From assembly GCA_014799575.1 (NCBI GenBank), contig JAAVHS010000015.1, forward strand, positions 65,820 through 129,819: 64,000 nt of DNA. Reading direction: 5' to 3'. This document shows positions 10,393 through 19,883 of this stretch, piece by piece. This DNA is from Clostridiales bacterium. GTDB taxonomy: Bacteria > Bacillota > Clostridia > Christensenellales > UBA3700. Positions within the stretch are counted from its first letter, which is position 1; each line of letters begins with the position of its first letter. Under the pieces are notes generated by a model. It saw only the letters and a list, made by a program, of their open reading frames with translations, was not told the DNA's origin and searched no databases. Position numbers and translations under genes: made by a program.

Positions 10393-10917
10393 TTAATAGT
10401 CAAGTTCGATACAACCCAAGTTGCCCGCTTTTCTCTTATAGAGAACGTTGACCTTGCCCGTCTTGTCGTTGAGGAAGATAAAGAAGTCGTGGTCTACGAG
10501 TTCCATCTCCTCGACAGCCTCTTGCAAATCAATCTTTTTGAGCGACATAGACTTCGTACGAATAATCTCCATCTTATTCTGCTCGGCTTGCGGATACATA
10601 CTTCCCTCGTCAAGCGCGCTCTTTCTGAGTTTACCGAGTTTCGTGCGGTGCTTTCTAATCTGTCCTTCGATTTTCGGCAACGCAATATCTATATTGTTGA
10701 ACATATTTTCCGACGCGACTTCGCTTCTTACCATATTATTTCCAAAGAATATCGTAATTTCCATTACGTATTTGTCCTTTCCGCCCGTCTCTTTTAAGAA
10801 GATTTTCGCAAGGGCGTCGTCCTCAAAGTACCTCGAAAACTTTTCCATCTTTTGGTTGATGATGTCTTTCAAATGGTCAGTCAGTTTGTAATTTTTCGCA
10901 ATTATTTCAATTCTCAT
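10393..10917 (-). CDS. hpf: ribosome hibernation promoting factor (long HPF)
   Basis: 174 aa. The MRIEIIAKNYKLTDHLKDIINQKMEKFSRYF N-terminal S30AE domain plus a C-terminal dimerisation domain is typical of Firmicute long HPF. Confidence 0.9.
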   Translation of the reverse strand: MRIEIIAKNYKLTDHLKDIINQKMEKFSRYFEDDALAKIFLKETGGKDKYVMEITIFFGNNMVRSEVASENMFNNIDIALPKIEGQIRKHRTKLGKLRKSALDEGSMYPQAEQNKMEIIRTKSMSLKKIDLQEAVEEMELVDHDFFIFLNDKTGKVNVLYKRKAGNLGCIELDY

Positions 10918-11144
10918 AATAATTGTCCCCCATATATTTTTTTCGAAAACCCAAACAGGTCTTCAAACTTTTATTGTCTTAATTATATCACATTAAAAAA
11001 ACAAATAAAAGATGCTTTTGAAAATTTGACGAAATTTTTATGTTATAACAAAATAAAACGCAATCTATATATGTATCTACAACTATTGCAAAGGTTTTGT
11101 AGCCGTGATATAATATATTAAATCAGCGTTGTTAAGAGGTCTTT

Positions 11145-12863
11145 ATGAACGATTTGAAAACTCCTTGGTCGAATAAAGTAGATACGACTGCTTACCCGCG
11201 TCCTCAGATGTACCGTAAAAGTTATCACTCTCTTGACGGCTCGTGGCAATACAAAATTATAAAAGGTAATTTAGACAGTTCCGCCGACGGATTGTTCGAC
11301 GGCGTTATAAGAGTGCCGTTCTCACCCGAGTGTCTTCTCTCCGGAATAGATAAATCTCGATTGACAAACGGTTTTCTCCAACCCGACGAAGTGTTGATCT
11401 ACCGTCGCAGTTTTCCTCTACACGAAAAAGATAAAACGGCAATTTTGCACTTCGGCGCAGTTGACTATGAGTGCAAAGTTTTGCTCAACGGCAATCTTGT
11501 GGGGAGTCATATAGGCGGATATACCGCCTTCGAGTGGGACGTAAGCGAGTTTCTCAAAGAGAAAAATATTCTCGAAGTTTTCGTCGTTGACCCTTCCGAC
11601 AGCCAGCCGATAAGCAGGGGCAAACAGAAGATGGAACACGGCGGAATATGGTATACCCCCACGTCCGGAATATGGCAAAGCGTATGGATAGAATACACGC
11701 CAAAGACGTATATCAAATCCCTCAAAATCACTCCTAATCTCGATGAAAAATTCGTCAGTATCACGGTGAATACCAACGTCCCATGCGAATCTAATATTGT
11801 CCTCAACGGCAAGAGATATCCCACTGAAAACGGCGTTGCGCATGTTCCTATTCCCGAACCGCGCGAATGGTCTCCTGAAGATCCGTATTTATATTTCTTC
11901 GACGCGGTGTGCGGAGAGGACAAAGTGCACAGTTATTTTGCAATGCGTAAGTTCTCAATCGGAAAACGCCAAGACGGCAAGCCGTGCTTTATGCTCAACA
12001 ACAAACCTTATTTTATGAGCGGTATGCTCGACCAAGGATATTGGTCGGACGGACTTTATACAGCCCCAAGCGACGAGGCGCTGATATACGACATCAAACT
12101 TGCAAAAGCTTGCGGATTCAATACTTTGCGTAAACATATAAAAGTCGAACCTATGCGCTGGTATTACCACTGCGACAGACTCGGTATGATAGTATGGCAA
12201 GACTTTATCAACGGCGGTAAAGATAAAAGTAAAGCCGCTATGCTTTTGCTCGCCTACATAAGGAAGAGAGTAAAGGACAACCACTACGGCTTTTACGGTC
12301 GAGATGACGAAATCGGAAAGCAGCTCTATTACAAGGAAATGGACGAAATTGTAGCGCAGCTCTACAACTGCCCCAGCATTGCGCTGTGGACGCCTTTCAA
12401 CGAAGGCTGGGGGCAATTCGATTCCATCAAAGTGAGTCAATATCTAAAGAGTCTCGACAACACGCGCCTAGTAGACCACGCAAGCGGTTGGGCGGATCAC
12501 GGCGGAGATATAAAAAGCATTCACAGATATATCCCCAATTTGAAGATACCGCGCAATGAAAAACGTCCCGTTGCTTTGACGGAATTCGGCGGATACTCTA
12601 TGAATATCCAAGAACATTCGCAACTTGAAAAAGTCTTTGGATATGAGAATTTTAATGACCAAAAATCTCTTGACGAAGCGCTTGAAAAATTGTGGACAAA
12701 CGAGATAATACCCGCTAAAGCGGACGGTCTTTGCGCATCCATATACACGCAAGTCAGCGACGTGCAGGACGAAATAAACGGTATAGTCACATATGACCGC
12801 CAAGTAGTCAAAGTAGACGTCAATGCGCTTAAAGCCCTCAATGACGAACTCATAAATCAATAA
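11145..12863 (+). CDS. glycoside hydrolase family 2 protein
   Basis: 572 aa. GH2 sugar-binding block (LHFGAVDYECKVLLNGNLVGSHIGGYTAFEWDV) and TIM-barrel block with WTPFNEGWGQ. Confidence 0.8.
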   Translation: MNDLKTPWSNKVDTTAYPRPQMYRKSYHSLDGSWQYKIIKGNLDSSADGLFDGVIRVPFSPECLLSGIDKSRLTNGFLQPDEVLIYRRSFPLHEKDKTAILHFGAVDYECKVLLNGNLVGSHIGGYTAFEWDVSEFLKEKNILEVFVVDPSDSQPISRGKQKMEHGGIWYTPTSGIWQSVWIEYTPKTYIKSLKITPNLDEKFVSITVNTNVPCESNIVLNGKRYPTENGVAHVPIPEPREWSPEDPYLYFFDAVCGEDKVHSYFAMRKFSIGKRQDGKPCFMLNNKPYFMSGMLDQGYWSDGLYTAPSDEALIYDIKLAKACGFNTLRKHIKVEPMRWYYHCDRLGMIVWQDFINGGKDKSKAAMLLLAYIRKRVKDNHYGFYGRDDEIGKQLYYKEMDEIVAQLYNCPSIALWTPFNEGWGQFDSIKVSQYLKSLDNTRLVDHASGWADHGGDIKSIHRYIPNLKIPRNEKRPVALTEFGGYSMNIQEHSQLEKVFGYENFNDQKSLDEALEKLWTNEIIPAKADGLCASIYTQVSDVQDEINGIVTYDRQVVKVDVNALKALNDELINQ

Positions 12864-12918
12864 ATAACAAAAAGACCTTGTTTTCACGTCGATAAACTTT
12901 ACTAACGCACTTTATTTA

Positions 12919-14325
12919 TCAGCCATTTTCTTTCAAATAATTATACGCCTTCATTTTAGTTTTTGCCTGCAAGCATAGCACATTAGATTTTTTCATAAAG
13001 CCGTTTTCGAGATATCCCATACCGGGGCAAAAACTGCAGAATTTACAATATTCTTCCTTATAACATTCGCTATAATCCGCTACGCAAAGTTGTTGCCATT
13101 GATACAGTTTGCTTGACTGAACTTTCTCCATAGCCGCCTGCCAAATCTCTTTTACTGAATTTTTATTCAAACTGCCAACTGAATATGGCATAGAAACACA
13201 AATTACCACTTCTCCTTTCGGACTGACACACAGCCCCGTAAATCCGCCCAAGCAAGGAGAATCGTTTTCCCTCGCCTTATAATCAACCGGAACAAAATCT
13301 TTGCTGATGGCAAGTGGAGATTCGGGATCAATGTACAACTTAAACAGCGATTCCTCATCCAATGCATACTGCAACGTCTTTTTGTCTCCCTCGATTGTTG
13401 GGATCAATGATATGTCGGCAATCGACGTCGCGCTAATCTTCTTCGCCATATTTTTAACTTTAATACAGTCAAAGCAGTTAAAATTGAGCAAGAAGTTCTT
13501 AATCTGCACGTTTACGTTATCCTCTCGCAAGCGATAAATTAATGACATAGTCTTATCAAACGATCCCTTAACGCAAGTCACCCGTTCGTGCGTTTTACTG
13601 TCAGTGCTATAAAGGCTGATGCCTATTCGGTAAGGATATTGTTCCAATACGGCGCGATACAAATTCTCATTACTTGAAAGCAACTGCCCATTTGTAAATA
13701 TTTCTACTGAAATATGCTTGTTTCTTGCATATTCAACAAGTTCTAGAAAATGACTGTGTAAAGTGGCTTCACCGCCCGAAAACGTTATGCGAAAACAGCC
13801 TGCCTCGTAAGCGTCGTCAATCGCCTTTTTGCATTGCGCAAAGTCAAGTTCGATATTCGCCATATCCTTAGGATTGTAGCAATGTACGCACTTCAAGTTG
13901 CAACGATATGTCAGTTCAAAAAAGAGAGAAAACATAAACTTTTTCTGATAAATCCAAGTTTGCATTTCCTCAATAAACGCAGCCTCTGTGTCCCCTCTCG
14001 CATCATCGTCAAGCGGCTCAAACAACGCTTCTTGCCTATAAGTTTCGCCGTCCTGTAAAAATACAATTAGTTCTTGCTGCGCAAGCTCGTCTAAAAATCC
14101 TTTTACTTGATCTGCAACGCCATTCTTTTGCGCCCACGCCTCAAATTCCGTATACTCTATATTATCAAGCAACAATTTCCACATATCGCTTGCCAACCCC
14201 TCTAAAAGTACGTATTCATGTCGTTTTTCGTTGGAGATATACGTACGACTGTCTTCGCTCCCAAACAGGTAGGTATGGCACGATATCCATTTTGGAACTA
14301 TTATTTTGTGATTATTGTATTTCAT
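12919..14325 (-). CDS. radical SAM/SPASM peptide-modifying enzyme with N-terminal PqqD-like (RRE) region
   Basis: CNLKCVHC (CxxxCxxC) radical-SAM cluster motif. Cys-rich C-terminal SPASM-type segment (CLGGFTGLCVSPKGEVVIC, CKFCSFCPG). The 4-nt overlap with the upstream gene indicates operon coupling. Confidence 0.85.
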   Translation of the reverse strand: MKYNNHKIIVPKWISCHTYLFGSEDSRTYISNEKRHEYVLLEGLASDMWKLLLDNIEYTEFEAWAQKNGVADQVKGFLDELAQQELIVFLQDGETYRQEALFEPLDDDARGDTEAAFIEEMQTWIYQKKFMFSLFFELTYRCNLKCVHCYNPKDMANIELDFAQCKKAIDDAYEAGCFRITFSGGEATLHSHFLELVEYARNKHISVEIFTNGQLLSSNENLYRAVLEQYPYRIGISLYSTDSKTHERVTCVKGSFDKTMSLIYRLREDNVNVQIKNFLLNFNCFDCIKVKNMAKKISATSIADISLIPTIEGDKKTLQYALDEESLFKLYIDPESPLAISKDFVPVDYKARENDSPCLGGFTGLCVSPKGEVVICVSMPYSVGSLNKNSVKEIWQAAMEKVQSSKLYQWQQLCVADYSECYKEEYCKFCSFCPGMGYLENGFMKKSNVLCLQAKTKMKAYNYLKENG

Positions 14326-15221
14326 ATTATAAATTCTTCTCTCCTAAGCATTTTTTGAACGTCAACGCTTTGATTAACAAAATCCGGATTGACGGTAGCG
14401 TAAGAGTCTATAAACTCCTTATATATGTCAAATAGATTGTATTCCCGTTGCAAAAGCGCTGCAAGTTGCAAACAGACTTCTGCGCCATATAACAATTCTT
14501 TTTCCTTGCGTTCTTCTCTGATTTCTAAGCCGTACGTACCGTCAAATAACTTTATTCCGTGGGCTGTAACCCATTCGTAATCTATGACTTCAGCGAGAAG
14601 CGTCACGTTGCCGTAATCAAGCGTGTCATTAATGAAAGCGTGCTTATGCAACGTAGCAACGCGCAACGCAAGCGTTTGTATAAACTTTTGCAAATACGTT
14701 TCAGACGAAATTCCCCAATAACGACAGCATTGTTCAACGGCAATCCGCTTTTTCTCGTCAGTAAAGTACATTAAATCAGCCACACGACATGGACATTTGA
14801 CCTGCGTATACAATAGGCACGGATCAACGGCTGTTCCATTTTTGAATTTAACGTCAGTTAAACAACAGTACTTTCTCGGTAAATCATAATCCGAAAGCCG
14901 TTTGTAGTATAACACCTTAGGAAAATCATCGGAAAAATCCTCGATTGCGCGACTGACAGCAAGTTCTCTTTCCGCCGACATAGACGGATATAGTCCAAAT
15001 ATTAATTCTTCGTCCTTTTGAGAAAGATAGACATGAGGACCGCCATAATTCCAGCCCCCTCCTTTAACGGAAATCCAGTCAAAATCTCCCCTTCTCACGG
15101 CAATCGCCCGTCCGTGAAAGGGGGAAATATGCAATGAAAATGTATTTTCATAAGAAAAACCGTCGGGCAAAAAAATCCGCCCAACGGCTTCATCATTGAA
15201 AACTTGAAACGTTTTCAGCAT
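14322..15221 (-). CDS. hypothetical protein co-transcribed with peptide precursor and rSAM enzyme
   Basis: 299 aa with no motif recognised. Its ATG overlaps the stop of the 33-aa peptide ORF (TGATG), and its stop overlaps the rSAM gene start. Confidence 0.7.
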   Translation of the reverse strand: MLKTFQVFNDEAVGRIFLPDGFSYENTFSLHISPFHGRAIAVRRGDFDWISVKGGGWNYGGPHVYLSQKDEELIFGLYPSMSAERELAVSRAIEDFSDDFPKVLYYKRLSDYDLPRKYCCLTDVKFKNGTAVDPCLLYTQVKCPCRVADLMYFTDEKKRIAVEQCCRYWGISSETYLQKFIQTLALRVATLHKHAFINDTLDYGNVTLLAEVIDYEWVTAHGIKLFDGTYGLEIREERKEKELLYGAEVCLQLAALLQREYNLFDIYKEFIDSYATVNPDFVNQSVDVQKMLRREEFII

Positions 15222-15322
15222 CAGCCCATTTTTGCGCTAATGCCACAAGAATAGTCACTCTGCTTGCCGCAACCGGACATATTAGCAGTAGACTGACCAA
15301 CGACTTTCGTAATTCTAAGCAT
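15221..15322 (-). CDS. candidate RiPP precursor peptide (33 aa)
   Basis: Absent from the ORF track. GGAGGT SD lies 7 nt before ATG 15322. Translation: MLRITKVVGQSTANMSGCGKQSDYSCGISAKMG, with two Cys in the C-terminal half. Its stop overlaps the start of the next gene. Confidence 0.6.
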   Translation of the reverse strand: MLRITKVVGQSTANMSGCGKQSDYSCGISAKMG

Positions 15323-15356
15323 AACTCATACCTCCTTATAGTATAAATGTGGGATT

Positions 15357-15431
15357 ATGTATCATCCTATCATTGTCAATATACCATATTTGGGATGATG
15401 TGTCAACCAAAAGAATAATGTATCATCCTAT
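15357..15431. promoter_or_regulatory. repeated operator-like words between RiPP operon and divergent XRE regulator
   Basis: A perfect 14-nt direct repeat ATGTATCATCCTAT occurs at 15357-15370 and 15418-15431. The inverted half-site GGGATGATG sits at 15392-15400. Confidence 0.5.
15378..15406 (-). promoter_or_regulatory. sigma-A-type promoter of peptide/rSAM operon
   Basis: On the minus strand: TTGACA, 17 nt, TATATT. The spacer contains the GGATGAT operator word. Confidence 0.5.
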
Positions 15432-15477
15432 TTTTTATTCAATAGTGACTTAAACTAATTATATGGGAGATAAATTT

Positions 15478-15735
15478 ATGGAAACACCGAAAACTATTAA
15501 CGAAGCAATAGTATGCCGTATAAATCAATTATTAAATGGACCGATTCAAACACAATACGCATTAGCAGAAATTAGCGGCATTCCTTATCCAACTATTAAA
15601 AGCATAATGCAAAGACGTACCAAAGGTATCACCTTAAAGACTATTATAATGTTGGCTCACGGATTTAATATGAGCGTAAGTGAGTTTCTTAACGATGAAT
15701 ACTTCAATTATGAATTACTAGATCTTGAATCTTAG
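15478..15735 (+). CDS. XRE-family helix-turn-helix transcriptional regulator
   Basis: Start set at ATG 15478 (GGGAGA SD 7 nt upstream). HTH segment: TQYALAEISGIPYPTIKSIMQRR. Divergent from the RiPP-type operon. Confidence 0.75.
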   Translation: METPKTINEAIVCRINQLLNGPIQTQYALAEISGIPYPTIKSIMQRRTKGITLKTIIMLAHGFNMSVSEFLNDEYFNYELLDLES

Positions 15736-15768
15736 ATAAACAAGGCAATATATGATTAAACATAGAAA

Positions 15769-15796
15769 AAGACCCTTTTCAAGCGAAAAGGGTCTT
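15769..15796. terminator. bidirectional intrinsic terminator
   Basis: AAGACCCTTTTC-aagc-GAAAAGGGTCTT hairpin between the convergent XRE gene and rpsR. Confidence 0.7.
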
Positions 15797-15822
15797 AGTA
15801 TCGTTGTTGTTTAATTCGTCAA

Positions 15823-16083
15823 TTATTCTGCAACGTAAGGAAGCAAAGCCATTTCTCTTGCTCTCTTGATTGCTTCGGTGACTACTCTTTGGTGCTTTGC
15901 GCATACGCCGCTCATTCTTCTTGGAACGATTTTGCCCTTTTCGGTAACGTACTTGCGAAGTTTTGCCACATCCTTATAATCTACCGTATCAATTTTATCA
16001 ACGCAGAAAACGCATACTTTTTTACGCGACATCGGCTTTTTGCCGTTTGGGCGCTTAACTACTTTTTCTTCACTCATTGTCAT
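15823..16083 (-). CDS. rpsR: 30S ribosomal protein S18
   Basis: 86 aa. [46 protein letters not shown] is typical S18. Confidence 0.95.
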   Translation of the reverse strand: MTMSEEKVVKRPNGKKPMSRKKVCVFCVDKIDTVDYKDVAKLRKYVTEKGKIVPRRMSGVCAKHQRVVTEAIKRAREMALLPYVAE

Positions 16084-16092
16084 ATCTCCTTA

Positions 16093-16497
16093 TTAGAATG
16101 GTAATTCTTCTTCGACAGGGGTAAGACCGCTATTGCTTACCGATTGTCTTTTCTCAGTTTCCTGAGGTGCTCCCTCGTCTGTTCTTGCTCCGGATGGAAG
16201 GAATTCTACTTCGTCTGCGACGATATCGAACGCAGTGCGCTTAGAACCGTCCTGAGCGTCGTATTGACGCGTCTGGATAGAACCGCTTACGCAAACTTTT
16301 CTGCCTTTTGTCAAAATCTTTGCGCAATTCTCCGCCAAGCCTCTCCAACAAACTACGTTGAAATAATCTACTTCGTTGTTTTCTCTGCTGAATCTGCGGT
16401 TGACTGCCAAAGAAAATCTGCAATATGCAACTCCGCTTTGCGTAGTGCCAGACTCTGGGTCTCTCGTAAGGTTGCCTATCAAAAATACTTTATTCAT
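16093..16497 (-). CDS. ssb: single-stranded DNA-binding protein
   Basis: OB-fold N-terminus MNKVFLIGNLTRDPE and acidic C-terminal tip EEELPF. Sits in the rpsF-ssb-rpsR arrangement. Confidence 0.95.
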   Translation of the reverse strand: MNKVFLIGNLTRDPESGTTQSGVAYCRFSLAVNRRFSRENNEVDYFNVVCWRGLAENCAKILTKGRKVCVSGSIQTRQYDAQDGSKRTAFDIVADEVEFLPSGARTDEGAPQETEKRQSVSNSGLTPVEEELPF

Positions 16498-16510
16498 ACT
16501 TCTTTGCTCC

Positions 16511-16792
16511 TTACTTCTTGATAATCATGCTTCTGACGAGTTCGTCAGTGATACGGTTGAATCTCTTGATTTCTTCCGGAACGTTGGCTGGAGCTGAGAA
16601 GTTTACCAAAACGTAATAGCCCTCAGTCTTGTAGTCGATAGGATATGCGAATTTCTTCGTACCCCACTTGTCGGTGTTTTCTATTACACCGCCGTTGGAA
16701 GTTATTACAGCTTCCATTTTGTCAACTACTTCTTGTTTTGCCTCGTCGGAAATATCGTTTTTCACGATATACAACAATTCGTACTTGTTCAT
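16511..16792 (-). CDS. rpsF: 30S ribosomal protein S6
   Basis: 93 aa; MNKYELLYIVKNDISDEA is a typical S6 N-terminus. First gene of rpsF-ssb-rpsR. Confidence 0.95.
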   Translation of the reverse strand: MNKYELLYIVKNDISDEAKQEVVDKMEAVITSNGGVIENTDKWGTKKFAYPIDYKTEGYYVLVNFSAPANVPEEIKRFNRITDELVRSMIIKK

Positions 16793-16959
16793 TTTATACC
16801 TCCTTTTGGTCTAATGGTTCAAACTTAAACGTTTGAACAAGGGTGAATATCCTCTCTTTTAAGAAAAGATACATAAGAATAATATCACAACAAATTTAAG
16901 TTGTAAAGAAAAAACAACGACTTTTCGCGCGAATTTATAAAATTTAATTATACGCGATA

Positions 16960-18399
16960 CTATTTTCTTAGCAATTCAATAGAAAAATCCAATCTTCTCA
17001 TACTCTCTTGCTTGCCGAGAAGTTCAGCCATTTCCGTCGCTCCGCCGGGGGTGCTTGCCACGCCCGTCAACGCTAAACGCAAAGGTAAGAATACTTGTCC
17101 GCTCTTGCAAGCAAGTTTTTCGGCAAGTCCGGAAAGTCTTTCTTTAAGTGCTTCGTCAGTCCAATTTTCAAAGTCTTTTAATTCGTCTTTAATAGCCTTT
17201 AAGTTGGTAAGTGCAATTTCCTTTGTTATCTTCATCTTCTTGTGCTCGAACATCGTCGTATCATACTCGCCGAACTCTTCGAGGAAGTTGACTTTCTCGG
17301 GAATTTCGCTCAAAATTTCCACTCTTGGAATCAAGAGTTTTGCAAGCGCGCGATAGTCGTATTTGTCCTTTACCTTGCTCTTGTCAAAATACGGCTTTGC
17401 GACTTCGACGAATTCGTCTACGCTCATCGCTTTGATATACTCGCCGTTGAGCCATCTCATTTTGGCTTCGTCGAAAATGCTCGGCGATTTGGATATGCCG
17501 TCAACGTCGAACTGCTCGACAAGTTGCTCCATCGACAACTTCTCGTCATTGCCCTTGGGCGACCAGCCTAAAAGCGCAATATAATTTACAATGGCTTTTG
17601 GCAAATATCCCTTGTCGAGAAAATCCTCGAAATTTGCGTCGCCGTATCTTTTAGACAGTTTTCTTTGAGCGTCCTTCATTATCGGCGAAAGGTGCATATA
17701 ATGCGGTCTTTCCCATCCGAAAGCGTCGTACATAAGATTGTATTTGGGCGTGGAAGAGAGATATTCTACGCCTCTGATTACGTAATTGATTGCCATCAAA
17801 TGGTCGTCCACCACGTTGGCGAAATTATAGGTCGGCATTCCGTCCGACTTAATCAAGATGTTGTCTTCCATATCCTCGTTGGGTACGCTGATATGTCCGA
17901 ATACCATATCTTCGTATTCGCTCACGCCGCTTGCGGGGATATTCTGTCTGATGACGTACGGCTCGCCCGCGTCAAGTCTTGCCTTGACCTCTTCTTTGGA
18001 AAGCGAAAGACAGTGCTTGTCATATTTGGCTACGCCGTTGCCGTCTTTGAGCGTATCGAGTCTTTCTTTCGTACAAAAGCAGTAGTACGCTCCGCCCTTG
18101 TCTACCAACTCTTTTGCATAGTCGAGATAGAGCGATTTTCGTTCGCTTTGAATATACGGACCGTATCCGCCGTCCTTGTCCGGACCTTCGTCGTGATTGA
18201 TGCCCGCTTTTTTGAGCGTATTGTAAATCACGTCGACCGCGCCTTCTACGTACCTTTCTTGATCCGTATCCTCTATTCTTAGCACGAAAGTGCCGTCGTT
18301 TTTCTTAGCGTAAAGATAGGCGTAAAGACACGTCCTCAAATTGCCTATATGCATAAATCCCGTGGGGCTGGGCGCAAATCTCGTTCTTACTTTGTCCAT
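16960..18399 (-). CDS. gltX: glutamate--tRNA ligase
   Basis: Start moved to ATG 18399 (MDKVRTRFAPSPTGFMHIGNLRT). HIGN and KLSKR class-I motifs; 479 aa. The longer track ORF (to 18876) is an unsupported N-terminal extension that overlaps the divergent dipeptidase gene. Confidence 0.92.
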   Translation of the reverse strand: MDKVRTRFAPSPTGFMHIGNLRTCLYAYLYAKKNDGTFVLRIEDTDQERYVEGAVDVIYNTLKKAGINHDEGPDKDGGYGPYIQSERKSLYLDYAKELVDKGGAYYCFCTKERLDTLKDGNGVAKYDKHCLSLSKEEVKARLDAGEPYVIRQNIPASGVSEYEDMVFGHISVPNEDMEDNILIKSDGMPTYNFANVVDDHLMAINYVIRGVEYLSSTPKYNLMYDAFGWERPHYMHLSPIMKDAQRKLSKRYGDANFEDFLDKGYLPKAIVNYIALLGWSPKGNDEKLSMEQLVEQFDVDGISKSPSIFDEAKMRWLNGEYIKAMSVDEFVEVAKPYFDKSKVKDKYDYRALAKLLIPRVEILSEIPEKVNFLEEFGEYDTTMFEHKKMKITKEIALTNLKAIKDELKDFENWTDEALKERLSGLAEKLACKSGQVFLPLRLALTGVASTPGGATEMAELLGKQESMRRLDFSIELLRK

Positions 18400-18516
18400 A
18401 ACGAATTCCTTATGAAAAAATTTTCTTGTATTTCGAGTAATAATATAACATATTTTTCGCAAATTGTGTATAATATTTATACAATAATTCAAAAAAGTTT
18501 GCGGAGAAAATATTCG

Positions 18517-19818
18517 ATGAAAGATTTTTTTCAAAATATGGTCGAAAAGACTATGCAACTGATTGCCATTGACAGCGTTCAAGGCGAACCCTGTCCCGCA
18601 TCCCCGTTCGGCGAAGGCGTGGCAAAATGCCTTGATTTCGTATGCGATACGGCAAAGGGATTCGGAATGAGCGTCAACAACGAAGACGGCTATTACTGCA
18701 CTTGCGATATTGGCGAGGGCGAAACTTTCGGAATACTCGGTCACGTAGACGTAGTGCCTTACGACGACGATTGGACGGCGAATCCACTCGGAGAAATCAA
18801 GGACGGTACGATATTCGGCAGAGGCATACTCGACGACAAAGGTCCTATGATGTGCTGTCTTTTCGCGGTGGGACAACTGTTAGACGAGGGCTATAAACCC
18901 AACTGCAAAATACGCTTTATTTTCGGCGGAAACGAAGAGAGCGGTTGGAAGTGTATAGATCATTACAACGAAGTGGACGTAATGCCCGAAAAAGGCTTTT
19001 CGCCCGACGGCGACTTCCCTGTCATCAACTGCGAAAAAGGTCTTGTCGGCTATGAGATATTCATAGATACTCCGCCAAAAATGCTTTCGCTGAGCGGCGG
19101 TAGCAGAGTCAATATCGTAATGGCAAAGTGCAGCTGCGTAATAGACGGCGAACTTGACTGCGAAACGAGTGACAAGGACTTGCAAATAGAGGTCAAAGAC
19201 GGTAAGACTTATATCACTGCTTTCGGCAAACCTGCGCACGCTTCCACGCCGAGCGAGGGCGACAACGCGCTGTGGAAAATACTCGAATACCTGTCCGATA
19301 AACTCGGCGGCGAATATACGGTACTGCGCGACAGACTTTGCCACAACGACGGTAGCGGAGCGAACGTAAAACTTTGCGACGAAAAGAGCGGGAAACTCAC
19401 TTTCAACGTGGGAGTCGCCGACACCGATACGAAGAGCGGAAAAATACGTCTTTTAATCGATATCCGCCACCCCGTGACGTATACAAAAGAAGATATACTA
19501 GAAAGACTTAAAAAATCGCTCGACACGCAGGACGCTAAGGTACGCAATTTCCACGACCCGCTGTACGTAGAAAAGGACAATAGTCTTGTGCAAAGTTTGC
19601 TCAGCGCGTACAACGAAATCACGGGCGAAAATCTCTCGCCTATCACGATTGGCGGCGGCACTTACGCAAGAGCGCTCAAATGCGGAGTGGCTTTCGGACC
19701 GATTTTCCCAGGCTCGGAAAGCACGATACACCAAAAGGACGAAAGAGTGTCTATTGACGTATTCAAGAAGATGTACGAGATATATTATCACGCAATCAAG
19801 AAATTGTTGTTTACCTAA
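18517..19818 (+). CDS. M20-family dipeptidase (PepV/Sapep-like)
   Basis: Start set at ATG 18517 (GGAG SD). HVDVVPYDDDWTANPLGEIKDGTIFGRGILDDKGP is the M20 metal-binding block. Confidence 0.85.
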   Translation: MKDFFQNMVEKTMQLIAIDSVQGEPCPASPFGEGVAKCLDFVCDTAKGFGMSVNNEDGYYCTCDIGEGETFGILGHVDVVPYDDDWTANPLGEIKDGTIFGRGILDDKGPMMCCLFAVGQLLDEGYKPNCKIRFIFGGNEESGWKCIDHYNEVDVMPEKGFSPDGDFPVINCEKGLVGYEIFIDTPPKMLSLSGGSRVNIVMAKCSCVIDGELDCETSDKDLQIEVKDGKTYITAFGKPAHASTPSEGDNALWKILEYLSDKLGGEYTVLRDRLCHNDGSGANVKLCDEKSGKLTFNVGVADTDTKSGKIRLLIDIRHPVTYTKEDILERLKKSLDTQDAKVRNFHDPLYVEKDNSLVQSLLSAYNEITGENLSPITIGGGTYARALKCGVAFGPIFPGSESTIHQKDERVSIDVFKKMYEIYYHAIKKLLFT

Positions 19819-19883
19819 TCTGGTTTTTATGGTATAATGTACCCGTCGGAAAACTCCGACGGGTATTTATTTTGAGGTAAACA

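Noticed and set aside
16817-16838. Hairpin GTTCAAAC-ttaaac-GTTTGAAC in the rpsF 5' UTR as the S6:S18-binding autoregulatory leader
   Set aside because: The location is plausible, but I cannot verify the conserved motif of that RNA family by eye. It needs an Infernal/Rfam scan before being called.
18400-18876. N-terminal 159-codon extension of the gltX ORF
   Set aside because: The canonical GltX N-terminus (MDKVRTRFAPSPTGFMHIGN) starts at 18399. The extension overlaps the divergent dipeptidase gene and its promoter region.
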